Assembly: GCF_038025025.1 (NCBI RefSeq)
Contig: NW_027117346.1
Span: 124,001-188,000 of the forward strand
From: Phyllosticta citribraziliensis
Lineage: Eukaryota
DNA: 64,000 nucleotides
Reading direction: 5' to 3'
Part shown: one piece after another, positions 1 through 11,700 of the stretch
How positions within the stretch are numbered: position 1 is the stretch's first letter
How the letters are laid out: each line of letters opens with the position of its first letter
Position numbers and translations under genes: made by a program
The notes under the pieces: model-generated
The model's database searches: none
What the model was told of the DNA's origin: nothing
What the model saw: only the letters and a program-made list of their open reading frames with translations

Positions 1-686
1 AATCCAAGACTCCCGCGCGAGTCGTCGCCCCAGCCAGCACCGTCCTCTTCGCCCCCAAAACGTCCCCCTCCTTCCCCCAGCCTGTCGGCCCGAAACCTGA
101 CCCGGACCCCCCGTCCAGCGGCGATGGCAGCAAGATCAGCCCTGGCACCCCCTACGCCGATCTCATCAACCAGAACACCATTGCCGTCCTCTCGCAGCCC
201 GAAGGCCAGGTTTGCGCCGTTGTTGGCGGCATCAATGCCGTCCGTATGGAGCAGCTGGGTGCCAAGGGCGTCGTGGTGTCCGGCAGGGTGAGAGATGTGG
301 ATGCTTTGAAGGGGTTGAAGATGCAGGTGTGGAGTCGGGGGACGAGTAGTGTTGGGGCAGGGGCTCAGGCGTCGGCGTTTGCGGTGGGTTATCCGCTGAC
401 GATTGGGCAGGTGGTTGTCAACTCTGTGAGTATATCGCAACCGCTCGTTCCGACTCTCGTTCCGCAATTTGCAAGCCGTTGGACTGTCGTTCCTGGCTAA
501 CACGATCAGGGCGACATTATCATGCTGGATGCCGACGAAAACAGTGTCGTTGCCATCCCCAAAGACAAAGTTGAAGAGGTCCTCAAGCTCCTGCCGAAGC
601 TCACAGAAGCCGACGACAGGTGTATGGCTGATGTTCGCGCCGGCGGCTCGGTAAAGGAGGCTTTTGCAAAGCATCGCGGCAAATGA
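1..686 (+). CDS. RraA-like / HMG aldolase family protein, 5'-partial
   Basis: Translation includes LGAKGVVVSGRVRDV and, after intron 426-509 (GTGAGT..GCTAAC..CAG), GDIIMLDADENSVVAIP...KHRGK*. These match RraA/HMG-aldolase motifs. Confidence 0.8.
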
Positions 687-1336
687 ATTTAGACCCTTAC
701 TAAGCGTAGCGTCTCATTGTTGTTGGTATTTCATAGACTTAATGCTCGTGTTCAAGACGAGGTATCTTTACGGATTTGAGAATTCAGATCTATAGTGAGC
801 TTTCAGAATTCAAATGTCCGCAGACGGATGGTGATGACGCACAAGGAGCATCCGATCGTGTAGCAGCACCCCGCTGTAGAGCTCTCATGACAACGAAGAG
901 ATGCTCAAAATTGATCTTGGATGGCTCACGAACGTCCTTTCGGCCTGACAAGTGAAAAGGAAATCAATTCCATTTTTGGGCAAAGCAAAAGAAGCCAGGA
1001 GCTAAATGAACCCATTGAACTCGCATCCCCGAGCAAGATTGATCATTCCACCAGAATTTTGAGAGGCAAATCTTTCGGTCGTCAGCATCCTGAATATCCC
1101 GCCGGCTTGTGCCGAAGCTACCCTCCACGCTCAAATCATCCTCAGTCGGTCGTCTTTGGTTGAATCGCCGTTTGTTCGTAAAATCGAAATAAGTGGCCGT
1201 ATGATTAGGTGTCGCTTTTAGTGTCACTTTTGAAAGTCCCCAAAGAAGTTCCCAACCCAAGCCCCTGGCAATCCGAGTGGTCTTTTTTGTTCGGATGCCC
1301 TTCACGTTCCAGTCCCCTGTTTTGCTTGGGCGGCCT

Positions 1337-2815
1337 CTACTGCTCGTCTTCTTCGCCCATGGTCTCCTCCCAAACCCTCTCCAAGCCCGCCTCCCTGAAG
1401 CGCTCTTCCTGGTCATCAAGGACCTGTCCCAGGCCGCGGTGCATGCTCTCCAGAGGCTTGAGCGCCTTCCTGGCCAACGCCGCATTTTCTCCCACCAACT
1501 TCTGCAATTCCCTCTCCCTCTCCACAAGGCCAACGCAGTAGCGATGGCACTCAGCGAGCTCGTCCTGTTTGTCGAGAATGGACGTGCGTAGTGCCGTGGC
1601 GGCCTGGCGGAAAGCGTCTCTCTCTTTCCTCGTGTTGGTCAAGGCGTCGCCGAATTTGCGCATATTCGTGTCAACCTGGACCACGTGCAGCGATAGTCCT
1701 CTTTTTTCATCCTCCAATTGCGCGTTGCGGGCCTGGAGCTTATTGACTCGGGACTGGAGTAGAGTTACCTCGTTGTCCCTGTCCTTCAACTCTGGCGGGA
1801 GGATGTAGGACTGGAGACGAGATCTCTGGCGCTTTGACGGCGTGGATGTGCCAGTGGGAGAGGCCGAGCGTTTGGACGAGCCAGGTGACGAAGACGACCC
1901 GGCTTTTGGATAGTCCGTGAATGGAGTCGTGTTGTTGGAACCTCCGGATGACAAGCTCGGGTAGTTCGGGAAAGATTCCATATTGGTAGACGAGCTGGAA
2001 AACCCTGCGGTGAAAGGTGACTCCGAGAGTGGCGTGCGGCGTCGGAGCGGCACCAGAGCATATGCATCTGGGTCAACCTTCTCTTCCTCCGACCCAGCTG
2101 CCTGCTCTTTCTGTTGTTCTTTGGGTTTGCATTCCGGTTGCTCTTTATGTCGTTCTCCCGGCTGCTCTGTGGGCATCTTTTGCGCCGGCTCCTTTGGCTC
2201 CGGCTCCTCAGACGCCTGCTTCTTCGACTTCTCCTTCAGGTCTGCGTCTTCCGGCGTCTTTTCCTGCGGAGCATCAGTGCTAGGCTCAGCCGACGACTCA
2301 ATCGAAGGATCAGCCGTCTCAGACGGCTCTGAAGTTGAGGCGCGACCATGTTCAACTTCTTCTTTCACGGCAGGCTCAGACTCCGGGATAGGCGCCTTCA
2401 GCGGTCCGCTGCCACAAAACCAGTATCGAGGTTTTCCCTTGCTCCTCGGAATCGACGCCAGTTTCTTTTTGATGTTGTAGGCAGGTCGGCCGCGGTTGCG
2501 ACGACAGGTTGAAATGTTCCCGCCCCCGTTTGTGAAGTCCCAGGGCCAGAAGCGGCAACGATCGTGCTTTGGCAAGTCCGGAACCTTGGAAACAGCCCAG
2601 ACAGCCTTGTCGTCGAGGTAACAAAAGCGTGGGACATGTTTGGCGAGGTCGTCTGCCTTGACACCTGCTGGCACTTCACCCATGAAAAGCTTCCACGTCG
2701 GGTGGCCAGCTCCTTTGTTCTTGGAAGCCTCAATCACTGCTGGGTTGGGGTCCCCATGTCCATCTCCAGGCTGCCAGACGGGGCGCTCTGTCTTCTGCTC
2801 TTTCTTCGGGGGCAT
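1337..2815 (-). CDS. Hypothetical protein, ~492 aa: basic N-terminal domain, acidic disordered middle, C-terminal coiled coil
   Basis: Long intronless ORF; likely start MPPKKEQK at 2815, although the frame is open to 3256. Heptad-like LLQSRVNKLQARNAQLEDEKRGL. No family recognised. Confidence 0.7.
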   Translation of the reverse strand: MPPKKEQKTERPVWQPGDGHGDPNPAVIEASKNKGAGHPTWKLFMGEVPAGVKADDLAKHVPRFCYLDDKAVWAVSKVPDLPKHDRCRFWPWDFTNGGGNISTCRRNRGRPAYNIKKKLASIPRSKGKPRYWFCGSGPLKAPIPESEPAVKEEVEHGRASTSEPSETADPSIESSAEPSTDAPQEKTPEDADLKEKSKKQASEEPEPKEPAQKMPTEQPGERHKEQPECKPKEQQKEQAAGSEEEKVDPDAYALVPLRRRTPLSESPFTAGFSSSSTNMESFPNYPSLSSGGSNNTTPFTDYPKAGSSSSPGSSKRSASPTGTSTPSKRQRSRLQSYILPPELKDRDNEVTLLQSRVNKLQARNAQLEDEKRGLSLHVVQVDTNMRKFGDALTNTRKERDAFRQAATALRTSILDKQDELAECHRYCVGLVERERELQKLVGENAALARKALKPLESMHRGLGQVLDDQEERFREAGLERVWEETMGEEDEQ

Positions 2816-3137
2816 CGAGAAGGTGAGTTGAGAAGTGAAGATGAGGCTCGAAGAGGTGAATGATGCTGGCAAAAGACTGTTGCTGTTAGCGGATTGCGCT
2901 CGTCTGACACAAGAGAGTGGTGGTGAAGAGTGGAGGTGGCTGATGGTGGAAGAAAGCTTACTGTAAGTATCTTGGTCTTCAGTGGGGCTGGTTGTTGAAG
3001 GATGAAGAGGGATGGTGGAGAGTTGGTGGGGGACGAGGATGTTGGAGGGGGTTTTATGGAGTGTTGGAGCACAAGACGGGAGGGGAGGAAGTAACAAGCG
3101 CGGTGCGGTGCCGCAGGGCGGTGCCCGCTGTCTTGAG

Positions 3138-3632
3138 GATGTGCACAACGGCATGAATGCTCCAGCGCCGCACAGGGTACTCGTCTCGATGAAGTGCTGG
3201 ACGGTATGAATGTTCCGGTATCGCCGACAGGTGCTATAGGAGGTGCTGCGCGGCATGAATGCTTCCGGGCTGGCACAAGGTACTCAGCCCAGGAGCATTC
3301 ATACTGCAGGGCACTTCGTCGAGATGTTACTGGATGCTCTAGCATGTTCATGGCGGCATGAATGCTCCGTGGCTGTCGTCATGTGTTTTTGGAAGTGCAC
3401 AGCTGCATGAATGCTCCATGGCTGTCGCCATATGTTTTTAGAAGTGCAAGACGGTACGAATGCTCCGGGGCTGTCGCCAGGTGGTTTAGGAAGTGCTAGA
3501 AGGTATGTATGCTCCTGGGCTGGCACGAGTTGCCCGCCTTGAGAAAGTGCAGGACAATATGGATGCCTGGGGACTGGCACTGGACACCCGCCATGTAGAG
3601 GGAAACTTGACAGTACAAATGCTTCGGAGCTG
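3138..3632. repeat. Degenerate ~49-54-bp tandem repeat array, 9-10 units, one inverted
   Basis: Core GAAGTGC-N5-GG(C/T)ATGAATGCTCC-N-GGGCTG. GYATGA-like anchors at 3151, 3204, 3253, 3356, 3405, 3454, 3503 and ~3557; reverse-complement copy at ~3285-3317. Confidence 0.85.
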
Positions 3633-4878
3633 TTCCAAGACAGGACTCCGAAGGGGAATCGGACGATAACAAAGGAGATTCATGTTCTTGACACCAGGAA
3701 GACCCAATGGGATGCTTCTTGAATTCATCGGAAGGTATATCGGAGTAAATCTGGGGGAGTAATAGGGCGAGTTCTTGGGAGTTTGAGCCATCTTCTGACC
3801 GCTAATGGGAGGCAGACTGGAGCAATCTGGAGCTCCGCACGAGCACGGCGTGTATGCTGCCACCAGGGCTCCAGACCTCTGACAATCTCATCTTTGGAAA
3901 GAAGACAATCCTCAGCGTCCTTGAAATTCCATCCAACTCTTGCCCAGCTCCTTCGATTACGGCCTTGGCTATGGTCCAACTCATCGTAAGCGAGCTGGCT
4001 TGTTGGAAGGTGGAGGCCCGCGCAAGAGCGAAGCGACCCCAGAAAATCCTGGAGTCCAGAATCCCTAAATGGCAACATTACGTTCCGGCGCACGGTAAAG
4101 ATTTCGTAGTGCTTACGCCCGAGCGTTCCGGCGGCGATCATCCTACCTCTTCAGTGGAAGAGAAGACTTTGATATCGTTGACGTCATGACTAAACGCTGG
4201 CATATCTCTCTTTTCGAAACCGTTTGGGCATGGATATTTCAAAACGGTTGGAAACAGCTTACTTGCACCATGAGATTTGATGAGCAGAAATGGGCTCGTT
4301 GACATGTCGGGGATGAAGGGTGTGAATTTTCGATGTTGGTCCTCGAAAGCGCGTCGTGGGGCAGGAAGTAACAGAGAGCGGCACGAGTTGGCTTCGTAAA
4401 CATGCCCACTCGTCCCAGCCAATCGAGTGCATCATATTCAAACCACTGAGAGATTGCGCATCTTCATCAGCTCCGCAAACTGAGCAAGGTGCAACTACGG
4501 CCACTTTGCGCCGATATCGTCGCCCAATCTGAGTGGAGTCGAATAAGCAGGGCCAAAGCCCTCGGGCAACGGAATAAGCGTCGAAACCCGCTATGCTGAG
4601 AGATGGAGTCAGGAAAACGAAATTTGGAAGTAGGACGGTGGTGCTGCCGCGTCTGTCTGTAAAATTCATGTTGTGGCCTGTTTGGGCCACGATCGATTCG
4701 TCTACGATGTCCGTCCTGGAATCAGCCAATCAGCGCCGAAGATTACTCATTAGTCAACCCAAGTGCCGTGGACCTCTCCTCCACACCACGCACGTCCATC
4801 CCGCCTCCGCAACGACACCTACGCCTGCGGGCACCGACGTACACCCGCATTGGACCATCATACGACGCAACAACCATC

Positions 4879-6455
4879 ATGATTGCAAGAACCCCAACAT
4901 CACACGCCCTTAGCGGTGTTTCCAGCCGCGCGCTGCCCGCTGCCTCCTCCACTGCTCGTCTTTCCGCCGCCACCACTTCTGCCCGTCAACAGCGCAGGGG
5001 CCTCGCAACCGTCCAAGATACTCCCGTTCACCGCCATGGTGGTCTGAAGGACCAGGACCGCATTTTCCAAAATCTTTACGGACACCATGGTGCGGATCTC
5101 AAGAGTGCGATGAAATATGGCGACTGGTACAAGACCAAGGAGATTATTACCAAGGGGCACGACTGGGTGCGTAATAACGCCAATGGCTATGACGCTTGGA
5201 ATTGCGTGTCTAACAACATGGACAGATTATTTCCGAAATCAAGGCATCTGGCCTTCGTGGTCGTGGCGGCGCCGGTTTCCCCTCTGGCCTCAAGTGGTCG
5301 TTCATGAACTTCAAGGACTGGGACAAGGACACCAAGCCGCGATACCTGGTGGTCAACGCTGACGAGGGCGAGCCGGGTACTTGCAAGGACCGCGAGATTA
5401 TGCGCAAGGACCCCCACAAGCTGATCGAGGGCTGTCTCGTCGCCGGTCGTGCGATGAACTGCACCGCGGCGTACATCTACATCCGTGGCGAGTTCTATCA
5501 TGAGGCCTCTGTCCTGCAGCGCGCCATCCAGGAGGCCTACCAAGCTGGCCTGATCGGCAAAAACGCTTGCGGATCCGGCTACGACTTTGACGTCTACCTT
5601 CACCGCGGCATGGGAGCCTATGTCTGCGGCGAGGAAACCTCTCTCATCGAGTCGCTCGAGGGCAAGCCCGGCAAGCCCCGTTTGAAGCCTCCGTTCCCCG
5701 CTGCCGTTGGTGTTTTCGGCTGCCCCTCGACCGTTGCCAACGTTGAAACCATCGCCGTCGCCCCCACAATTTGTCGCCGCGGAGGCAGCTGGTTCAGCAG
5801 CTTTGGCCGCGAGCGCAATGCCGGCACCAAGCTTTTCTGCATCAGCGGTCACGTCAACAACCCTTGCACCGTCGAGGAAGAAATGTCGATTCCCCTGCGG
5901 GAGCTCATCGACAAGCACTGCGGCGGCGTCATCGGCGGCTGGGACAACCTCAAAGCCGTCATCCCTGGTGGTTCCTCGACGCCCATCCTACCCAAGCCCA
6001 TCTGCGACGAGCAAATGATGGACTTTGACGCACTCAAGGATTCGCAGTCTGGTCTGGGCACGGCCGCCGTCATCGTCATGGACCAATCGACCGACGTCGT
6101 CCGCGCCATCTCGCGGCTCAGCGCCTTCTACAAACACGAGTCTTGCGGACAGTGCACGCCTTGCCGTGAGGGCTCTACCTGGACCTACCAGATCATGCAG
6201 CGTTTTGAGAAGGGCCAGGCGCGCGCCCGCGAAATCGATATGCTGCAGGAGCTCACCAAGCAGGTCGAGGGCCACACCATCTGCGCGCTGGGTGAGGCCT
6301 TTGCCTGGCCGCTGCAGGGCTTGATCCGCCACTTCCGCCCCGAACTCGAGGCTAGAGTAAAGGACTACGCAGCGAAGAACGGCGGCGAGGCGCTCGCTGG
6401 TGGCTGGCAGCACAATGCGTCGAAGCAGGGCATGTTGATTGCGCCGGGTCAGTAG
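4879..6455 (+). CDS. NUO51: NADH:ubiquinone oxidoreductase 51-kDa flavoprotein subunit (NDUFV1/NuoF homologue)
   Basis: Mitochondrial presequence-like N-terminus; intron 5167-5225; [42 protein letters not shown] and Fe-S motif [12 protein letters not shown]...HTIC. Confidence 0.97.
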
Positions 6456-6913
6456 ACCCATCTATAGACAGATGCAAGATTTTCCTGGGAGTTGGTCGTC
6501 TCTCGTCTTTTGATAGCAAACGCAATGTGCCCAAGCGGACCGATAGACTGCGATGCGCGCGGGGTTTTGAGCTAGCGATGGTGGACCGACTGTACAACGA
6601 CTCTTCTTTTTCCTCTTCTCCGATTGCTCTGATTTCGTCTTTTTCAGCGCTAGTTCACTGTCAATTTGTCAATGTACAAATATTTTGGCAATGCGTGTCG
6701 TGCACGTCTGTCTCGAGTAATGAGTGCAAATTGAGTCGAAGCCCTAGAGAGTGTTCTTGACGTGAGCGGTTCCTTGATTCTCGAGCGCCTCTCCAACTCC
6801 ATGACCTGCATACCAACATTACCTCTGCAGCAACGAACGGAAATCCGGGTATCCATTTCCAACACCACAAACCCACGGTCATACTCTCACACCTCCCAAT
6901 CCAACCGCAACAA

Positions 6914-7820
6914 TCAGCCCAAACAAATACCAACAAATTCTTCCCGCCCAATGGCGCCATCGCCGTCCAAATCAAACTCCTCAATCATGGCGATGAGCTC
7001 CTCCTCCTGCAGGCCCTCGCCCAGCTCGCGCGCGACGCGTCGCAGGTCGTCGAGCGTGATGTTGCCCTTGGCGCCGGCGTCGAACAGGTCGAAGGCGCGC
7101 AGGATCTCGTCGCGCGGGTCGCGAGTCAGGATGCGGTGCGCCATGATGGCTTGAAATGAGGCCAGCGGTAGGAGGAGCCGTGTTGGGCCGGTGAAGGTTA
7201 TGGGCGGGGCGGCGGTTTTGGAGGAGGTGGGTTTGGCGAGCGAGGTTGCGGGGACGCTGGGGAAGGAGGTGGGTTAGTTTTGGGCTCGATGCCGTCTGGA
7301 TATAGGGAGGGCGCACCCATGTGTCCGCAGGACGTTGAGGATTTCGTTCTTCGGCAGGTCGAAGCCTAGCGCTTTCATGGCCACTTTGAGCTCATGGTAG
7401 TCAATGTGGCCGTCCTTGTCGAGGTCGAAGAGTTGGAACTGCAGCGCATCATCTCAGCACATTGCCCTCTTGCGTCGGAGACCCGGATTTCCAAGTCTGC
7501 CCAAGCATCGGCAATTGACGTACCGCCTCGTTGATCTCCTCGCGGTGCTCGTCGCTCAATTCGGCCAGGTCGCCGCGCCCTGCGCTCTCCAGCCTCTCGC
7601 GCTCCGCCCGTTCTGCGCGCTCGCGCTCCAGCCGTTGTGCCTCGCGCTGCTGGTGTGTTGTTGCGCCCCCTGCCCCAAAGCCTGCTGCTGACGCGTTGAA
7701 GCCGGCGTTTGATGGCCCTGCTGCTGCTCCACCTGATTGTACGGCGCCTCCAGGTCCGCCGCGGTGTCCACCAAGCCCTGATGTGAAGCCTCGGCCCGGG
7801 AAGGGGTTTGTGGACGCCAT
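6914..7820 (-). CDS. CDC31: Centrin (EF-hand spindle pole body / TREX-2 protein)
   Basis: Three exons (introns 7439-7523 and 7257-7316). [41 protein letters not shown]...[10 protein letters not shown]...[13 protein letters not shown]. Confidence 0.93.
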
Positions 7821-8750
7821 TGGAAGTTGTTTAGATGATGCGAAGGAGGGAACGGCCTTGTCGTCGTAGTGTGTGTGGGCGCAATACGACGGGATAGTGC
7901 AGGCTGAGGTTGTACGGTTGTAGAGGGGCAACGAGGGTGCGTTTGCCCGGCAATGTCCTTTGTTTCGGTTGATGGTTTGGGAGACGCGTTCGAGGCGCGT
8001 TCTCGCTTAGCTCGCAAGGGTGTTAGGTACGGTAGGCACTGCGCCGGTGCCGGGCTGCTGCTATAGCTCCAACGACATCACTTCTGCTTCTCTGGTATCA
8101 TTGGAGCTGAGTTCGTGTCATCCTTGACGGAGCGGACGGATTCCGTCTCGTGTTTGTCAAACTCTGATAGGTAGGGGATCCACAGGCTTCTACCAGGCAG
8201 CTGGATGCACAGCTGCCTGTGGTAGCCTTGTCCGGCAGAGGCATATAAATTCTTCGAGGGCACAAACAAAACCACTGACACTGAGGAACACATCTTAGGG
8301 CATATAGGACAAGCCAATACCCATCTCTTCTCCTCGTCCCTTCACAACGAGGTGCAATTGCTGTGTGAATCACGTGTGGAGTGCAGTTGCTGTCGTGCAC
8401 GGGCCATCGTCTCCAACCTCCGGAGCGCGAAATCCTCCGCGGCCAGAGGCCAACCTCCAGCTACAACTCCATCGTCCTCCCTACCGCCCAGCTCTCCATC
8501 CCCACTCTCGCCCTCGATCTCGTCCCTCTGCGTGCGACGAATCGACCCTTGACTATTCCTTGTCTCGGCTGCTGCCGCGCTTTCCAGCCTTCTCCCCGCG
8601 CGCAGCAGTCCCTCTTCCCTTTTCTTAGCGCGTCGTCGCGACGCTCGCCGCACTTTTCACACCTCAACGCCATTCGGACGTCGTCTCTCGCGCGTTTTCT
8701 CGCTTCATCTACCCCAGCTCTCGCGACCGCGGCGACACAAGCAGCACGCC

Positions 8751-11700
8751 ATGTCTTTCGGATCGACGGGCTTCGGTTCTGGTGGTGGCTTCGGCTCCAC
8801 TAACAACACCTCGGGCTCAGGCTTTGGTGGTGGATTTGGAGGATTTGGATCAGGCAACACGCCCAACACAAACACTGGAGGAGGTGAGTAACTTGCGCAT
8901 TTGTTTTCATCTCGTCCTTGTCCTCGGCCGACGCCTCTGCGAATCGACCCTGGAGCTCCCGCTTTGCCTTTCGAATTGCCGCGCGACACCCAGAACAACC
9001 CGAGGTTGACTTTGGTTTCTGTCACCATCCAGGCTTCAGCTTTGGCTCCAACAACCAACCCTCAACTGGTGGTGGTCTCTTTGGAGCCGCAAACAACACC
9101 GGCAGTGGCTTCGGCAGCGGAGGTGAGTCCCATGGCATCGCCTAGCGGCGTCTACTGCGTTCCGTCCACCCTCGCAGTCACCTTGGCCGGCATTGTGGTG
9201 AGGTTTGGTCGCGGAGCCCGCGCCCCGCCTCTCCAGGCGACACAATGGCCTCGTCGAAAAGGCCGCGCGCAATTCCCCATTCTCTCAAACACCGTCGAGC
9301 TACACAGCCGCTCAGAATGGATTTCGACCCCATCGATTGGGGCTTTGGTCCAGGCAGCCAAATCACTTTTCCAGGCCCTCCGCACGACGCGGGACTTGCT
9401 ACACATGACGATCAATCGCTGACTGCAATGGATATAGGTTTTGGAGGAAACACCTCAGGCGGCTTTGGCTCGGCCGCTAAGCCTAGTGGTTTTGGCACCA
9501 CCAACGCTCCGACAACTGGTGGAAGCCTCTTTGGCAGTACCGCGACTGCTGCGCCAGCTAGCGGAACAGGCTTTGGTGGATTCGGAGGCAACTCAAACAC
9601 CACGAGTGCCTTCGGCGGTGGAAACACTGGAGGCGGTCTCTTCGGGCAGCAGAACAAGCCGGCCACCGGCTTCGGCTCATCGCCAGCGCCCGCAGGCGGT
9701 CTGTTCGGGGGCGGCAGCGGCACGACTACGAGTACTCCAGCATTCGGAGCCGGAGCGGCGAGTACGGCCTTGGGCAACACGCCCACCAGCAACAGCGGCA
9801 CCGCGAATACTCCTTTCCAGCCGTACACCGAGAAGGACAACGCTGCCAACCAGAATGCTCACTACCAAACCGTCACATTTCAACCAGCATACGCGGGCCA
9901 TTCTCTAGAGGAGCTTAGAATGCAGGACTACGCCCAGGGCCGGCGCTATGGCAATGCCAACGGACAAGCGGGTGCCTTTGGTGCCAACACTGGCTTTGGT
10001 GGATTCGGATCATCAAACAATTCGGCAACCTCTGCATTCGGCGCAAGCACCAACAACAACTCCTCGACTGCCGGTGGTCTTTTCGGATCAGGCAACACCA
10101 ACACTACCTCTGGCTTTGGAAGCACACCTAACAACACTTCTGGTGGCTTTGGTGGCAACACTGCTGGCGGCGGTCTCTTTGGCGCAAAGCCTGCTGCACC
10201 AGCAGGAGGCCTTTTTGGAAGCACCACTTCGTCTCAGCCTGCCTCTGGTGGGATGTTCGGAACCGCCGGGTCCACTCCTTCGACTGGCTTTGGTAGCAAC
10301 ACAGGCTCAGCTTTCGGAGGGGCCAACCCGCCTGCGGGAGGTGGACTGTTCGGCGCAAACAACCAAACTCAAAACAAGCCCGCGTTCGGTGGTGGATTCG
10401 GCTCGACAGGCACAGGCTCAGCTTTTGGTGGCTCGACCAGCGGAGGCTTTGGACAGCAGAACAACCCTTCGACGGGCAGCAACCTCTTTGGCGGCGCGAA
10501 CAACACTAACAACACGCCTTCGCCCTTTGGCGCTGCCAACAACCAGCCCCCGCAAAACACGTCTAGTCCTTTTGGAGGATTCGGTCAGAACAATCAGGCT
10601 CAGCCTCAGAACCAGGCACCGGGTGGTGGATTGTTTGGCGGTGCTTTTGGCGCGAACAACAACCAGCAGCAGCAGCAGCAGCAGAACAAGCCCCTCTTTG
10701 GAGGCAGCTCGACTGGTACTGGCGGTGGCCTCTTTGGTGCCAACCAGCAGCAGCAGCAAAACCAGCCCGCTGGTGGTGGTCTTTTCGGCGCGAACAACAA
10801 CGCCCAGCAAAACCAAGCTGGCGGTCTCTTCGGCAACAAGCCTGCTGGCACGACGGGCGGTCTGTTTGGGTCAGGTTCCGCTCCAAACACCAACACCGGA
10901 TCCAACTTGTTCGGTGGCTTAGGTCAAAGCCAGAACAATGCGCAGAACCAGGGTGGAGGTCTTTTTGGAGGCGCTGCCAATAACCAGCAGCAGCAGCAGA
11001 ACAAGCCAATGTTTGGGGGCAGCACTGGTTCGGCAGGAGGAGGTCTATTTGGTGGAAGCAGCTTTGGCCAAAACAACAACAACAATGCTTCTGGCGGTCT
11101 TGGTGGTAGTCTCTTTGGAGGAAACAATCAACAGAACCAGCCGCAACAGTCCACCCTCGGCGGCAGTCTTTTCGGTAACTCAGCTGCTCAGCAGAGCACA
11201 AACCAGGCCCCGAGCTTGACCGCATCCCTCAAAGACAACCCCTACGGCCACGACAACCTGTTTGCAAGCTTGACCTCCCCATCGCAAAGCGTTGGTCCCT
11301 TGGCAACTCCTCTGTCCAGCAGTCAGAAGAACAAGAAGAGCGCAATTCTTCCTCAGCACCGTATCAACCCCGCGGCTTCTTCGCGCCTCATTACTCCGCA
11401 AAGACCCATGAGCGGGCTTGGATTCTCGACTTATGGAACGCCAGGCACCGCCTTGAACAGCGGTAGTCCCAGACTTGGTGGCAGCTTGGTGGGCGGTGGT
11501 AGTTTCTCCAAGTCTTTGGCAAAGAGCTTCTCCTCCAGCACCCTCCGCGGCCCTATCAACACCGACGACAGCATCCTTTCGCCCGGTGCCTTCAACCCGG
11601 CGAAGCGACCTAGCTATGCCACGACGGGCAGCATGAAGAAGCTGAACATCAATCGCAGTCTTAATGTGCGCCCCTCCCTCTTCGGAGACGACACGAACAG

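Noticed and set aside
3138..3632. CRISPR array interpretation of the 49-bp repeats
   Set aside because: Eukaryotic context, degenerate repeats, mutually similar linkers, an inverted unit and no cas genes.
3725..4729. Short minus-strand ORFs upstream of NUO51
   Set aside because: No recognisable motif and no consistent splice model; could be a decayed gene but I cannot support it.
9245..9437. ORF-track start of the 1335-aa nucleoporin ORF
   Set aside because: It lies inside intron 2 (9123-9437); FG-coding exons begin at ATG 8751.
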